Source: Octopus vulgaris (Eukaryota). From it: a stretch of 64,000 nt of DNA. Below, piece by piece: positions 27,712 through 41,102 of this stretch. Numbering within the stretch: the stretch's first letter is position 1; each line of letters starts with the position of its first letter. The notes below the pieces were generated by a model. That model did no database searches. It was not told the origin of the DNA and saw nothing but the letters and a program-made list of their open reading frames with translations. The position numbers and the translations under genes are program-made. Location: the NCBI GenBank assembly GCA_951406725.2, contig OX597825.1:88350001-88414000 (forward strand). Direction: 5' to 3'.

Positions 27712-28900
27712 ATGTATATACTTACGTACATACACTAACACTAACACATGCACACATACATAAATGAAATTTAATTTCAATTTTAATTATATTTTACAAT
27801 ATTTGTCACTAAAAATGATCGACATTCTATTAACATATTACAGCTATTTCATTGACGCATAAATCAATTTTCGATGACGACTCCTGATATGATCGATATT
27901 GTATCAACTAGTCATGCATGTTGTTACATTCATTTTTTTCTCTTTTATATTTATAATACTTGTGTTTTTATCCTGAAAAAAAATAAAGGTGCCCCTATGT
28001 ACACGATGGATTTTTGCTTCATTTATAATTATTAAAACTGATCTATAAATCAAATGTGTTTCGATTTTTCATCTAATCATTTTCTTCCTGATAAATATAT
28101 ATTTCGATCATGGCTTTGAATTTCGGTTACAAATATCTGTTTCCATGGCTTTGACTGCTAGGATCACTACAATCAACGTAAGTATCTTAAGTCTGTCTAG
28201 GTAAATCTGTGAATAATATTAATAACGTTACATAATGTTAAATAGCGGGAATATAATATAATTGCATTCCATTCTGATATAAGTATGTGTAGGCATAGAC
28301 ACGCAGCTTGCATCTAAATACATATGGTTATTATATAAACATGCATACATACATGCATATTTACACAGTTACCAAATTCTTCCATCCCTATGATCTATCT
28401 AAAATAGTCTTCTCCGCAAAAGTTCAGTAAGAAAGATGCAAATGTAGAGTTGATTTATAAATTCATAAAATTTCATTTATAGCAGCAGAAATGTATCTGT
28501 TTGCAATATATTTCCAACCCCTAATCCCACGTTTAAGTGTTTCTTGTTCGAGCGTTACTTTACCTCAAATATTCGGAACTTACACATTTTTCCTCTGAAC
28601 ATTTACTAATTTTCTGATGTTAGCCATGCTCCGACATTAATACCTTTTGTTTCTGCGCCAAAGTTCTTATAAATCAGGCTCGTTTTCATATCGCGCAATA
28701 CTTCAGTCTAAATATAATTAACACACACACACACACACACATATATATATTCATACAAATATAAATATATATATAAAATATATATATTTATATATATATA
28801 TATATATATACAAACACACGCACACACACACATATATATATACATACATCTATAAATATACATATACACATATATAAATGTGTGTGTGTATACACGCACA

Positions 28901-28942
<42 letters not shown>

Positions 28943-30159
28943 TATATGAAATGTATAGCTGAAAGCTCGATTTTCTGCTACATGTTTAGTAAAGCCCGTA
29001 TTTAAATTAAGGAGCTTGATTACACAAAACCTTAATTGCACATTGAGCGTTAAGTACAACTTAATATCAGTAAGTAACATTCAAAAATTATTTAATAATT
29101 AGTGATATAAATCTCAATCTATCAATAATGGTAAATACGCTCGGTTCAAAGAGCAATTTTGAGTATGAAATAGAATTTGTAAATACAATTTCGAAAGTAA
29201 ATATCATCTTATAAGTTTAGAAGATATATATGTTTTTCAAAGAAGAATCGGATAACATTTTTTAAATATGTAGAAGCTCCCCTAGGGAAAGAAGCATAAA
29301 GATGACTGCGCTAATTCAAAGAAACAAATGTTAATTACAGGAGGTTCACGGTGGATTCAGCATAAATTAACATTTACAAGTTTACTCAAATTATTCTGAA
29401 GTACACTATTTACATTCTTGTTTGTTACTTTAAAAAAAAACACTCTTCTGATAAACGATGTGGCGCATAACTTTTACTAGAATGAAAATATGTCTGAATA
29501 ATTTATTACGTGGATGCATACGATATTATGGTACCTCATCTTTTATTTATTGTGCAGTGGAATTTAATCGCTGCTGTTATGGTTATGTTTCTTCGGCTGG
29601 CTTTATTGTCAGTTACCATAGTTACGAAATAAGAAAGGCTTAATTGAATAATACACCAAGTTATGGACATTGAAGGCATTTGATAAATACGCATGCAATC
29701 TTAATAGGGAACACTAATCACAAATGCCGAAAATAATTGCTCTTTTGCTGCATAACAGAGTTCCTAAATACAAAGAATCTTTGAAGAATGTAACAGTATT
29801 GTTCCAGTAGAATTTATGTAGATTGTGGAGGACAAAATCTAAGATTCACCTAAGACTTACAATTTGAAGAATCAGATTTAGGTGATGCAAATTTATCTGC
29901 TAAACAAAACATGCTCCAAATGTTCTGCAATAATCATTCTACCACTGTTTGAATCAAAATGCCGTGACCACACGGTATTAAAGTATAAATTTATACTTTT
30001 ATTTTCTAATATGTAAAACACATTATAGCAATATATATTATATATAACCATCCATAGGACAATAATCACAATATCCACTTATATATATATTGACCTTCAC
30101 CAATAGCGTATTACATTAAGGTCAAGGTCATATAGCAGGCGAAGGTCATAAACATCAAA

Positions 30160-30440
30160 GCAATTCCGTGGAAGAAAGCACCACTGGACAATACATATCA
30201 GCAGGATGGAGGGTCATCGACGTCCTAAGATCACGTGGTATGTTGACAATGATCTGGAGACTGAAGAGCATTATAGAAGAGATACAACAACTCCCTAAAG
30301 AAATACCTCGATACCTGACACATTAATCTCTCCAGTGGTCTGTTTGTGCCACTGACTATGAAGTCTGGCGCCTCACTGTCCTCCAGATAAAAGCCGCCTT
30401 TCTAGACATGCGCAGAAAAGAGAATAAGGCAGGAAAAACC
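30160..30440 (+). mobile_element. Degraded RTE-like LINE fragment
   Basis: RGRKHHWTIHISRMEGHRRPK resembles the RTE R.R.L.W.GH..RM...R.PK motif. Confidence 0.45.
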
Positions 30441-31299
30441 ATTCATAATCTTGCCGCTAGAGTGGAGCCACTATGGCCGTAGTTGTTTGTCCCGAATAGG
30501 ACGCGTTGGACATCAACAGCCCTGCAACAGACGTGGTCATACCTCTTTGTAAATCTTTGCTTGTCAAGCCAGACCAAGAGAAAGGAGGTAGTTGTTAAAT
30601 CATTAAGTAATTCTCAGTCATAAATAATCTAGGATTCCGAATAAGAAATTAGCTTAGATAATTTACAAGTCATACGATATTCTTTCTCGTCGTTCTGCTC
30701 CCACATTCTGCGTTAAAATACAGGTGAGTTGAACTTTGATTTCAAACCTTTAGTGCTCATAAAGGACAGCAGGTACGTACTGGAATACTTTTAAATCGCT
30801 AAGCAATCAACCCAAAATTACTAATACTCAACCCAAGATTAGAGGCATTAAATTTTTAGAATTGAAATTTTGTGATATGTTCCTGCAACCAATGTATAAA
30901 GTGTTAATTACAAATCTGTGTCCTAGAAACATAATGAAACAATTTTAATTAAACCGGATAATTAAGAAATTGTCTAAATCATACAATTCCTGTGAGTTCA
31001 GTAAGATAAGAAAATAAATTATTTTAAAAACGTTATTGTTTTTTCGTCGCGACTTATCGCACTGAATGCATTTTGCTTGAAACGAAACGTGATTAAGTTG
31101 AATAATTATATTCAGCTACGTGTGAAATATGTAGGATCTCTTTCTAGTATTATATATATATATAACACTTGACAGAAGTTACGTATGTATTAAAAGGAGG
31201 ATTTCGTTACATGTTATCATAAATCTCGTAGGCTCATAGAACGAACATCTCATTAGATGTCTAGTGAGGAGAAACATATAAAACAAATTTAAGATGGCT

Positions 31300-32330
31300 G
31301 CTAGGTGTTAGGCGTCTATTAATCTTCACAGATCATATGGCTTTACTGGTGTGAAGGTGAAATCATGTCTTTCATGATTCTTAGGCCCACTGGAAGAGGA
31401 TGCCCGTAGGTAGCTGTCGCCGCTATATATGCAAGCTGCGGTATGGTTTGTATAGCTACATCATTTCATTGAGGCTATTAAATAAAGGTTGGAGTATGGT
31501 CGCCTGTTAGTAGCTCGGTATGAAATCCGTAGAGATCTAACACATAGGTGGCAATAGCTATCCCGTGGTAATAATCATATATGGTTGCCCTGAATTAAAA
31601 TCAGGTGGTTAAAAGTTAAAATAATTAAGTCTGGATGATCAGTAGCATTGGTGGGGTTGTAGTCTTTGCGGACCAAGACGATTAAATATTGTGCCCTCTC
31701 GTTTAGAAGTGCAAGGCCTAAATTGTTTTATTTGGATTGGCGTCTGCCAGTGGCTTAATTTCATTACCAAAGTGTACTTCTGGGGGTAAGATAATATCAT
31801 TCAGTTTTCTTGTCGATGGAAACTGCACGCTAGCATAGTGTCTCGGTGTGGCAGAGTTGGCAACTGCGAGATGCAGACGAGAAAGTCGAAAAGGACAATT
31901 AAATATAAACCATTTGATGTTGGAGAAGTCAATCTAATGATCGGGGAGCCTCTAGATGAAACAGAAAAGGATGGAGGAGGAGTTGCCATTATCTGAAGGA
32001 GTGTGGATGATGTATATAACTTTTCCTGAAGTCGTTCCCTCTCATGCTTGTGTAGTGTCGGGTAATGCCATCAGATGTTTTCCGGATGCCTGTTTAGCCA
32101 CATCACTTAAGAGGCGCTTGGTAGTATTACGAAAGTTACAATGTGGATTGGATGAGTGGTGTGTTTGCGTCTAGTATGGCGAGCAATGCCATAATTACGG
32201 TTTCTAAGGAAACATTTTTAATAAGTGTCAGAAATTTTCTAGCTATGTTAGTGGAAGTGAAATGGAAGATTGCTGCAACAATCTTAATTCTCTGTTGATT
32301 TCGCTCCGACAACAACACAACGACCGACCA
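31300..32330 (-). mobile_element. Possible old LINE fragment
   Basis: GC-richer, strand-skewed block with LINE-like peptide remnants; no diagnostic catalytic motif. Confidence 0.3.
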
Positions 32331-34026
32331 TGAGTAGCATCAAATGCAATGGAACGGAGTCGCTAAATATTCCATACCGCCACTGCCAGATAGAGCTCTG
32401 ACGCCGACAGCTGTAGACCCGCATCTTGTCCAAGCTGTTTAAATTAAAAATAAAGAATTGATATCAGGTTCACACTGATAACAGCGCGTAGGATAAGTTG
32501 GCCAACGGAGGCCTAATAGCTCGCAGCCATCTTGAAATTGTCTCCTATCTATTTCCTGCTTGTTTGATGCCTGACTAGATAAGTTCGTTCGAAGAGCGTA
32601 CGAAAGTTTAAGCTTCATGGAGTCAACCTTTCCCACCGTTTGACAGGTGGTGTTGCCCGGTTTACTTTGCTGTAACTATCAACAAAAACGATCAACAGAT
32701 TAAGTGTCAGGCTTAAAATATATATCTATTTTACTGGGGTCGACTAAAAGGCTTCAAGGCGGTGCCCCAATGCAGCCGAAGTCTATTGACAAGCAAATAA
32801 AAGATTTTTTTAAATTGGGACTTATTCAAAAATCTATATAATTTCAGATAGACACACACGCACATACATACATACATACACAGACATTTTTCATGCTTAC
32901 TGAAGGTTCAAAGTACAACATGGAGTGGTTTGTGTAATTGAGTTTGAAGATTCTCACTACACACATGTACCTCTGTGTCACTCTCGAGGGTGTTTTTGCT
33001 GTTGCCCATGCTTCAAACATCCTTACGAAATACGAACGATCATATGCGTAGTAATGGAACCGTATATCTAATAACAATAATTTTACATATGCACATATAG
33101 TTATTTGAATAATGTCGGTAAAAGTTAATCAAGCAAATGATGCTAATTATATTGTACATTTCTAATTTTAATAGCAACAATTACTGCATACATTTATACA
33201 AAATCATTTCCAGGACAACTCTTTTTACTTATGGAAAAGGCAGATATGACGACCAGGCAACAAATAGTGCGTAAAATAGCAAGTAATGGTTTTGCTGTGG
33301 TAGGTAACATATATAACGATTATTACAAAAAACAAGCACAAATTAAAAGTTGAGCGTTTACTTGAATAGTAAAACAAAATGCAAAATCAATGCACCAGAA
33401 CAGTTCATATCTCATCGCATATAGATATTGGTAAGTGGAAGCCAAATGATTATTTGAAGCAAAGATTATATTTAACCAACACAAGTTTACGCTTCTAGCA
33501 TTCATAAATTATGATGTGTTACTCCTAAATCATTGATTTATTTGTGAATGCGCCATTTTCTTCCAATCTTGCAGCCATTCTGAGTACTTGCATCTTTTTA
33601 AATACCAAACATATATACATAAATAACTAACATAAACTTAATTAAACCATAGAATGGCTCCATCAACAGGAAATATCCCACATATCAGTCTCTCTATTAT
33701 CATACTTCAAGTATTTCCAAATTTATGAAATCCTAAATTTTCCATAACTTTCTTTGAAATTTAGATTAAACATTCCTTCTGCTGCTTTTTTATCCAATTA
33801 TCTTGGACATGAGTATTATCCAAAAATTTACGCAAAGTTTTGTTAAGCTAGTTTATTACTTTGCCGGGATATGTAACCAGGCATTAAATATTTTATCATT
33901 TTCTTTCCTCTTGTTTAAAATATTTCAAATAATCTTCTGTCAGTTAATCGTATTTGTTTTAAAATTTCAACTTGTGGTGTGAAAATTATAAAATGTCTAG
34001 AAATATGTGACTTCACACACTCATGT

Positions 34027-34107
<81 letters not shown>

Positions 34108-34525
34108 TATATACACTATCTGCATATATATGTATTATATATATATATGGATATATATACGTTCATATATATGTATATACACATATAAAGAGACACACAT
34201 ATACATACATACAAGCACATGTCTGTACACACCATATGTGTGTGTCTGTGTGTGTTTATATAATATCCAACATTTCCAAATCAACATTTCCCACGTTGTT
34301 ATTGTGAATTATGAAGAAGTGCGCCGATGGCCATTTGTGGTGGGATTGTTTAATTACGAAAGATGTTTTGTTGTACAAAGTATTAATCTCTTGTTGAATA
34401 TTTGTGTCTAAATATTATTGATTGTTTAAACCTTTATGATTTTCTGTTAATTTTTCAATTCTTGATCAATAAAAATATGTTTATCTTTCATATGAATTTC
34501 AATTCTGTTACACTTTGCTTCCCAC

Positions 34526-34561
<36 letters not shown>

Positions 34562-34899
34562 CAAAGACAGAGAGGGAAAGAGGTAGTGTTGTAGGAGATG
34601 GTGGATTTCCATTCATCAGTAATTCAAGTAACTCATGCCATTATAAATTGCATTCAATGTTTTGTGTAATAAATGTAATATATACTTGTTACTTACCAAA
34701 TTAACATTTCCGAACGATTGAACATTAAGTATTAAGTTTCGTTAAATAATATGAACTTTTGTAAAGTATACTTCCTCTCAAATATGTAATAATATATTGA
34801 AAAATATGCAAACGGCTGCACAGCTGTTTACGCAAACATTACCCACCTGCGAAACAAACTGAATGACACCTTGGATCGTATGTACGTATGTATGTATAT

Positions 34900-35355
34900 A
34901 AAAATTTAGATTCAGAGGAATATGGTACTTAAGTGAAAGGCACCAGAATTTTGTATGGTGTTATCCATATAAATCAAATGGGGTGATTATAATCAAAATA
35001 AGCAACAAGGATATCCAAGGTAGAGTAGTACGATTGTTTCATGCTACTTCATTTTATTAAATACTGTAAGTATTATTACATCAGTTTTAAAATATTAAAC
35101 ACTAAGTATTACATTAGTTTTAAAATGGCGAACAATCTTCAGCCACATATATAATTTTCCAATTAAACGGACAATGCACATTCTTATCCCTATTGTAATG
35201 TTGGCAAATGAAATAGGGATAGGAATGTGCATTGCCCGTTTAATTGGAAAATTCTATATGTGGCTGAAGATTGTTCGCCATTTTAAAACTAATGTAATAC
35301 TTAGTGTTTAATAAAATGAAGTAGCATGAAATAATTGTACTTGTTGCTTATTTTG

Positions 35356-35360
<5 letters not shown>
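34900..35360. mobile_element. Family C element forming a long inverted repeat; each arm has a split hammerhead-like core
   Basis: Arms ~34989-35194 and 35212-35360 with a 17-nt spacer; the inner ~100 bp have only a few mismatches. Plus arm: gtgg-CTGAAGA(35264)...GAAA(35328)-TAATTG-TA; ends in (TA)n. Confidence 0.85.
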
Positions 35361-35447
<87 letters not shown>

Positions 35448-35688
35448 TATAAACATATATATTTATATATATCATATATGCATATATACAAACGTATACG
35501 TATATACGTATATACATATGCATATGTGGGCACAGAATGTCACAGGACGTAAACAACATAAAATACGAAAATTTGAAGTACGAAATACGTGTACATGGAA
35601 TATGCATATGTATATACGCATATATATATATATATATATATATTATTAACTTTATTATGTTTGAAAGCCACGCAACCATTTCCAGGTA

Positions 35689-35728
<40 letters not shown>

Positions 35729-35920
35729 ATATATGGATATAATTACATGTGTGTATGTGTATGTATGTGCGCATATGTATGTGTGACAGTGGGAATATGT
35801 GTGTGTGTGTGTTTACTTTTTTTCAGTAAATAACTAAATGATTTCATATAATAAGCAACTCATAAAATGCCTAAATTCAAATTTCCACTTACCTATATTC
35901 ATCTATTTCGATTTCGTATA

Positions 35921-35953
<33 letters not shown>

Positions 35954-37371
35954 ATATGTATATATATATATTCACAATTTAAAGGAAAATTGAAATGTTA
36001 CTAATGTGGATATTTGTAGGTGTTCGCTGTGATACTTTTCTTGGATGCAAATACTTTATGAAATATTATCAACAGAAATAGCTGGTCCCGTATAAGAGGA
36101 GGGAATTTGCCAAATATTCAAATATTTTTCTTAAAACCATAATAAAACAAGGGTATACGTGTCTGTTGCTAACATAACTACGTATCTATGTATTGCCTGA
36201 GAGCTTTTCGCTATGATATATTGTTAGGGTGTTGGGATTCAGTTTGCTTGTGTCTAAAAGATCCTTTTCACGTATGTCACGGCGATCCGCAGTGAGACTG
36301 TGACCGCTAGATTATAGGAGTATGCGAAACATATTTTTTCATTGCGGAGGGTAATATAGCAATTATCTAATAAGGTGAACGACAATCGCTGAAGTAACTT
36401 GTCTGCACATCTCTTTCATACAACGAAAAGTAAGGTGACAACTTTCTTCTTTAGATTACAAAGTCAAGCAGTCACGCGATTAGGTACACTTCATCTTGCT
36501 ACATCGTGTGTAGATTTTGGTACCAATCGTACCCGGAGAAGATCAGCCCAATCAAAATATAATTGAGCACTTTTGATAGTTCTTTTTCGTAGATGTAATA
36601 TATAGCCAACAAAATAAATGGTAACAAAGACATAATGTCCGAACAAGGCTAAATGTAACGCGCAACCTGTTTTTATCCATTTATTCAGGTCCGTATTTAT
36701 ATCATGAGATTCATTGGACATTTGAATGCGGGCGGGTCTGTGAAAGAATAAAGGAAAATACCTCACACATGCCAGATTCTCAAATTTTGTTTATTGTATG
36801 TACATGGAAATGAGATGTTAGTAAAAAGAAACTGCTAATGCATTTATCAATCTAAGAGTTCATAATCGATACTTAGTATAGCAATATTTACCAACGTACG
36901 AGTCTTTTCTACAATACTTACAAAAACATTTCCTTTCTAAACATGGGGTTTGAAAATCGTCTTTTAATGAACGGTTTGAAGTGTCTTTGGGAGCGTTCTC
37001 TTTACATCAAGAGACCACTCAGCTGTTAGTCTTTTGTATGTTATCCTTATCAGTCCCAATTTATTTAATGATCTCTCTCCTGAACAACTGGAGTTTTACA
37101 TGCTCGGAATATTAACGGCAATATATTGGGGACACAAAAAACAACCTACGTCAGAGGATGGTGGTGCACGAATCGCAAATTAGGATTCCAGAATACAGGA
37201 AAATACCTCTCAGCCAGCACATCGATAAATGTGCTTCCGATAAATTTCCCAAATTCGGAATGTTTCCGCTATAACAATTTCAAAGAAAATGCTAACCAAA
37301 ATGAACGCATTAGCAGGGAAATATACTTCATCAGAAAATAACGATCGAGTCTAAAATCTCTAAACTAGAAA

Positions 37372-37451
<80 letters not shown>

Positions 37452-37681
37452 CATATATACATATATACATATATATATATATATAATATATATATATATA
37501 TATACACATATACATATATATATATATATATGTATGTATGTATATATGGATTTGCAAGTTATTCATAAGAAATAAATATAAGGTATCGAAGATACTCTCA
37601 AATATACGTATAATCTTAAAGTATATACACATATACGCTTATCCATCTCTACATACATACATACATATATGCTTTTATATA

Positions 37682-37730
<49 letters not shown>

Positions 37731-37733
<3 letters not shown>

Positions 37734-38462
37734 TAATTAAATCTCAGAATGAGATTGAAACAGTAATCGCTCGATAATGTAAAGTATAGAAGCCATCTTA
37801 TCATGGCTAACCACATTGGGGAGGGGGTGTTACTGTAGCTTTATAGCCCCAAGAGATCTTCGTCTCTAGCTGGCTTTAGACACGATATCAGTGTCCTTGG
37901 AGTATTTGCAGAGGGAGGCCATCCCTTCCTCGCAAGCCTGAGTGATACGCTCGAACTAGTTTCGGGATTGTTGTCCCTCGTCAACGGGTGGTAACCACCA
38001 GGTCGCGATTAAAGTGAAGGTTCCTTTGCAAATATATATAAGATTTTCTAATGGCGTCTGCTACTGATGTCGAAAAACGAACAGTAAGCATAATTAAATC
38101 TCAGAATGAGATTGAAACAGTAATCGCTCGATAATGTAAAGTATAGAAGCCATCTTATCATGGCTAACCACATTGGGGAGGGGGTGTTAATGTAGCTTTA
38201 TAGCCCCAAGAGATTTTGTCTCTAGCTGGATTTAGACACAATATCAGTGTCCTTATAGTATTTGCAAAGGGAGGCCATCCCTTCCTCGCAAGCCTGAGTG
38301 ATACGCTCGAGGAAGGGATGGCCTCCCTTTGCAAATACTCCAAGGACACTGATATCGTGTCTAAAGCCAGCTAGAGACGAAGATCTCTTGGGGCTATAAA
38401 GCTACAGTAACACCCCTCCCCAATGTGGTTAGCCATGATAAGATGGCTTCTATACTACATTA
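37731..38462 (-). mobile_element. Family A element: two tandem copies (unit ~356-357 nt) plus an inverted partial copy; non-coding, retrozyme/PLE-like
   Basis: Direct repeats begin at 37731 and 38088 (gcataattaaatctcagaatgag); inverted copy spans 38308-38462; (TA)n on both sides. Confidence 0.92.
37945..37990 (-). ncRNA. Minimal type I hammerhead ribozyme motif (family A)
   Basis: Minus strand cacccg-TTGACGA-GGGAcaacaaTCCC-GAAA-CTAG-TT^cgagcg: 4-bp stem II, palindromic ACTAGT stem III, weak stem I in this copy; predicted cut at 37954/37953. Confidence 0.7.
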
Positions 38463-38644
38463 TATATATATGCATATATATATATATGTATATGTATGTA
38501 TGTAGAGATGGATAATCATATATATGCATATACTTTAAGATTATACGTATATTTGTGAGTATGTGTAGTTGTTTATATGATTGTGTGTGCTTGTATATAT
38601 GTATAAAGGTTATATGTGCATATATATATATATATGTATGTATA

Positions 38645-38750
38645 ACCCAAAACTAATCACCCCACTTCATTTTATGGGTAATACCATAAAAAATTCTGGT
38701 GCATCTAAATTAAGTACCATATTCATTTGAATCTAAATTGTTTTGCTGAA

Positions 38751-38753
<3 letters not shown>
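38645..38753 (+). mobile_element. Family C 3' end fragment
   Basis: taatcacccc...aaattctggtgc...ttaagtaccatattc...gaatctaaatt followed by (TA)n; reverse complement of 34900-34990. Confidence 0.75.
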
Positions 38754-38811
<58 letters not shown>

Positions 38812-38814
<3 letters not shown>

Positions 38815-38990
38815 TCGCCATGATAGATCGTTAGTCACTACACACATTATTTCTCTCTCCTTGTTTTTTCTGTGGAAGGGCGTAGGCTAGAAACGTAAAA
38901 TACTTTTTCTATTCCTGAGCGTTATACTAATACATTTGTTTGTTTTGTACACCACCTGTCTTCGTCTTTTTTTTTTCGTAAGCTTTCCCT
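38812..38990 (+). mobile_element. Family E repeat with a degenerate hammerhead core (~38865-38900)
   Basis: ttt-CTGTGGA-A-GGGCgtagGCTA-GAAA-CG-TA^aaa; (TA)n on both sides; homologous to 10385-10533. Confidence 0.6.
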
Positions 38991-39466
38991 ATATATATAT
39001 ATATATATATACATACATATATATGTATGTAAGCATGTGTATATATGCAGGAATTGTGTTTGTATGACTGTGAGTAGATTGGTAGTTACTGTGTCTTGCT
39101 CTTATATTTAGTCACTTCAATCTTTATAATATTTCTAAACAAGTAATAATATAAAACCTCACTTCTTAGCAACGGAATGCCAGGCGTCAGTGATCAGATA
39201 TTGCTATTGTTATCTTTTATGTTATCTACTTCCTTTCCTAATTATTATGAATTTGCTGTGCTGTTTCCTTTTCTGATTCACAGCTAAATTTTTATCTTGT
39301 TAGCTCTCAATGAATTCCGTAGTGGTACATTCTGTCAAACCTGTATCCAGCATAAATGAGCGATCTTCGATTTCCACATCTGTTGCTATTGTATATATAG
39401 TATTCGCTTGAAAGTAATTACTCCGTCTACTTTGTAAATTTTATCTTTCAGTGTCAGTCAGATAAA

Positions 39467-39612
39467 AGGCAGCGAGCTGGCAGAATCGTTATCAGGCCCG
39501 GCAAAATGTTTAGATGCATTTCGTCCGTCTTTACATTTTGAGTTCAAAATTTCGCCGAGACCAATTTTACACATCTTCTAAAATTGCTGACCTTGTGCCA
39601 AAATTTGAAACC
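39467..39612 (+). mobile_element. SINE family S1
   Basis: ggcagcgagctggcagaatcgtta...tttgagttcaaaatttcgccgag. Confidence 0.75.
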
Positions 39613-40871
39613 AGTTGTGGCATGTTTAATATTTCCAACACCCAACCTAATAAAATACATTTATAGACACTGAAGCGCATTGCTAATCGCCTAAATAGTT
39701 CTAGTGTGACCTTCGGAATTATAATAAAAGAAAAAAAAAGGCGAAACGCAAAAGTACAAGAATAAACAATGAAGTCTCTTTGGACTAGTTTGTTCTTGAC
39801 GGCTGCGTTAATTGTTTAGCTGAATGTTGAAGGTTAAATCTGCAATTCAGATTAAAGGAGATCGGATTCGAAATGCCAGAAACCCAATATCATAATGTAT
39901 TTAATCCGAAAATCTATGACAACCATAGCCAGTGCGAAAATTTGGAAATATAAGATATAGAAAAAAAAGAGGAGTCAACTCTGAAGAAGTAATTCAACTG
40001 AAATCTTTGCAAAATAAATTTTACGCAGATTGTGCAAGAGTATTAAATGGATTCAATTGGGAAAAGCAATCGTGTTTATTTCTTGATATTTTCCATGGTT
40101 ATTTATTATCGTGTTCATCGAAAAACCAACACAACAACCACTTCACTGTTATCTCTCCTTTTTCTTATATAGCGTGCGCGTATGTGTTTCTTTATTATAT
40201 ACATATATATATATATATATAATAACAATATGACAACAAAAGAAAATGAAGGATTATTTCTGCAAGCAACCCCACTCAGCGCTGTACCCTGAAACCGCCA
40301 AAACTGTAAAGATATTTTTAACCCCATACTAACGAGGGCACAGAAACCATCAGCTTAATCATTCCTGAGATACATTTCATTAGAAGTATAACACCAATCC
40401 TTAAACATTTATAGAGCTGAACGAATGGAAAATAATTTACTGTTCCAGGAGCATTAATTGGCAATATAAATGCTATAATAACCAACAAGGTAAATGTAAT
40501 ATGTAGGGTAATCTATCTATCTATCTATCAACTGTCCGTCTATCTGTCAATCTATCTACATTTATATCCGTTAAAGTTTTAAAGGCTACACCTAGTGATG
40601 ATGCAAAAAGTTACTTTGAACATTTACCTTATCTAAGTCACTAAACGTAGGTATTATTGTTTGTGATTTCGAAATGTTTCTTTTTGGGTTTTTTTTTCCA
40701 TTTTTATATTTTATTTTACTTCTACATATGTCCCAATCAAAGGTTGATTTATGTTACACTCGGCTTAGCCCTTCTACAATATTGTTTTAAATATGTTGTT
40801 CAATTTTGTTTGCTTTGTAAGAAATAGTTCATTTTAAATGTACCAGTAAACCATATTTTGTTTATCTAGAT

Positions 40872-41102
40872 CAGTGGTTCTTTCTCTGTAGACCTCTTTT
40901 CATTCCTATTTCATTTGGATAGGATTTGATGACCAATTGATGTCTCAGAGATTCTTTTATTTTTTATATTTAAATATTATCAGGAATTGTATGAAAAACG
41001 TTAAGTTATGCTGTATACTGTAGAAGCTTAACTAACTTATTGCGCATATATTTTAGCCAAACAATCTTATATGGACTGCAGGACACCGGTTGCGAAACAT
41101 TG
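40872..41102. mobile_element. hAT (Charlie-like) MITE
   Basis: Termini CAGTGGTTC...GAAACATTG flanked by the imperfect 8-bp duplication atctagat/gcctagat (NTCTAGAN-type target). Confidence 0.65.

Noticed and set aside
36100-36800. Possible DNA transposase relic (YVVMLATDTYTLVLL on the minus strand)
   Set aside because: A single weak motif with no TIRs identified.
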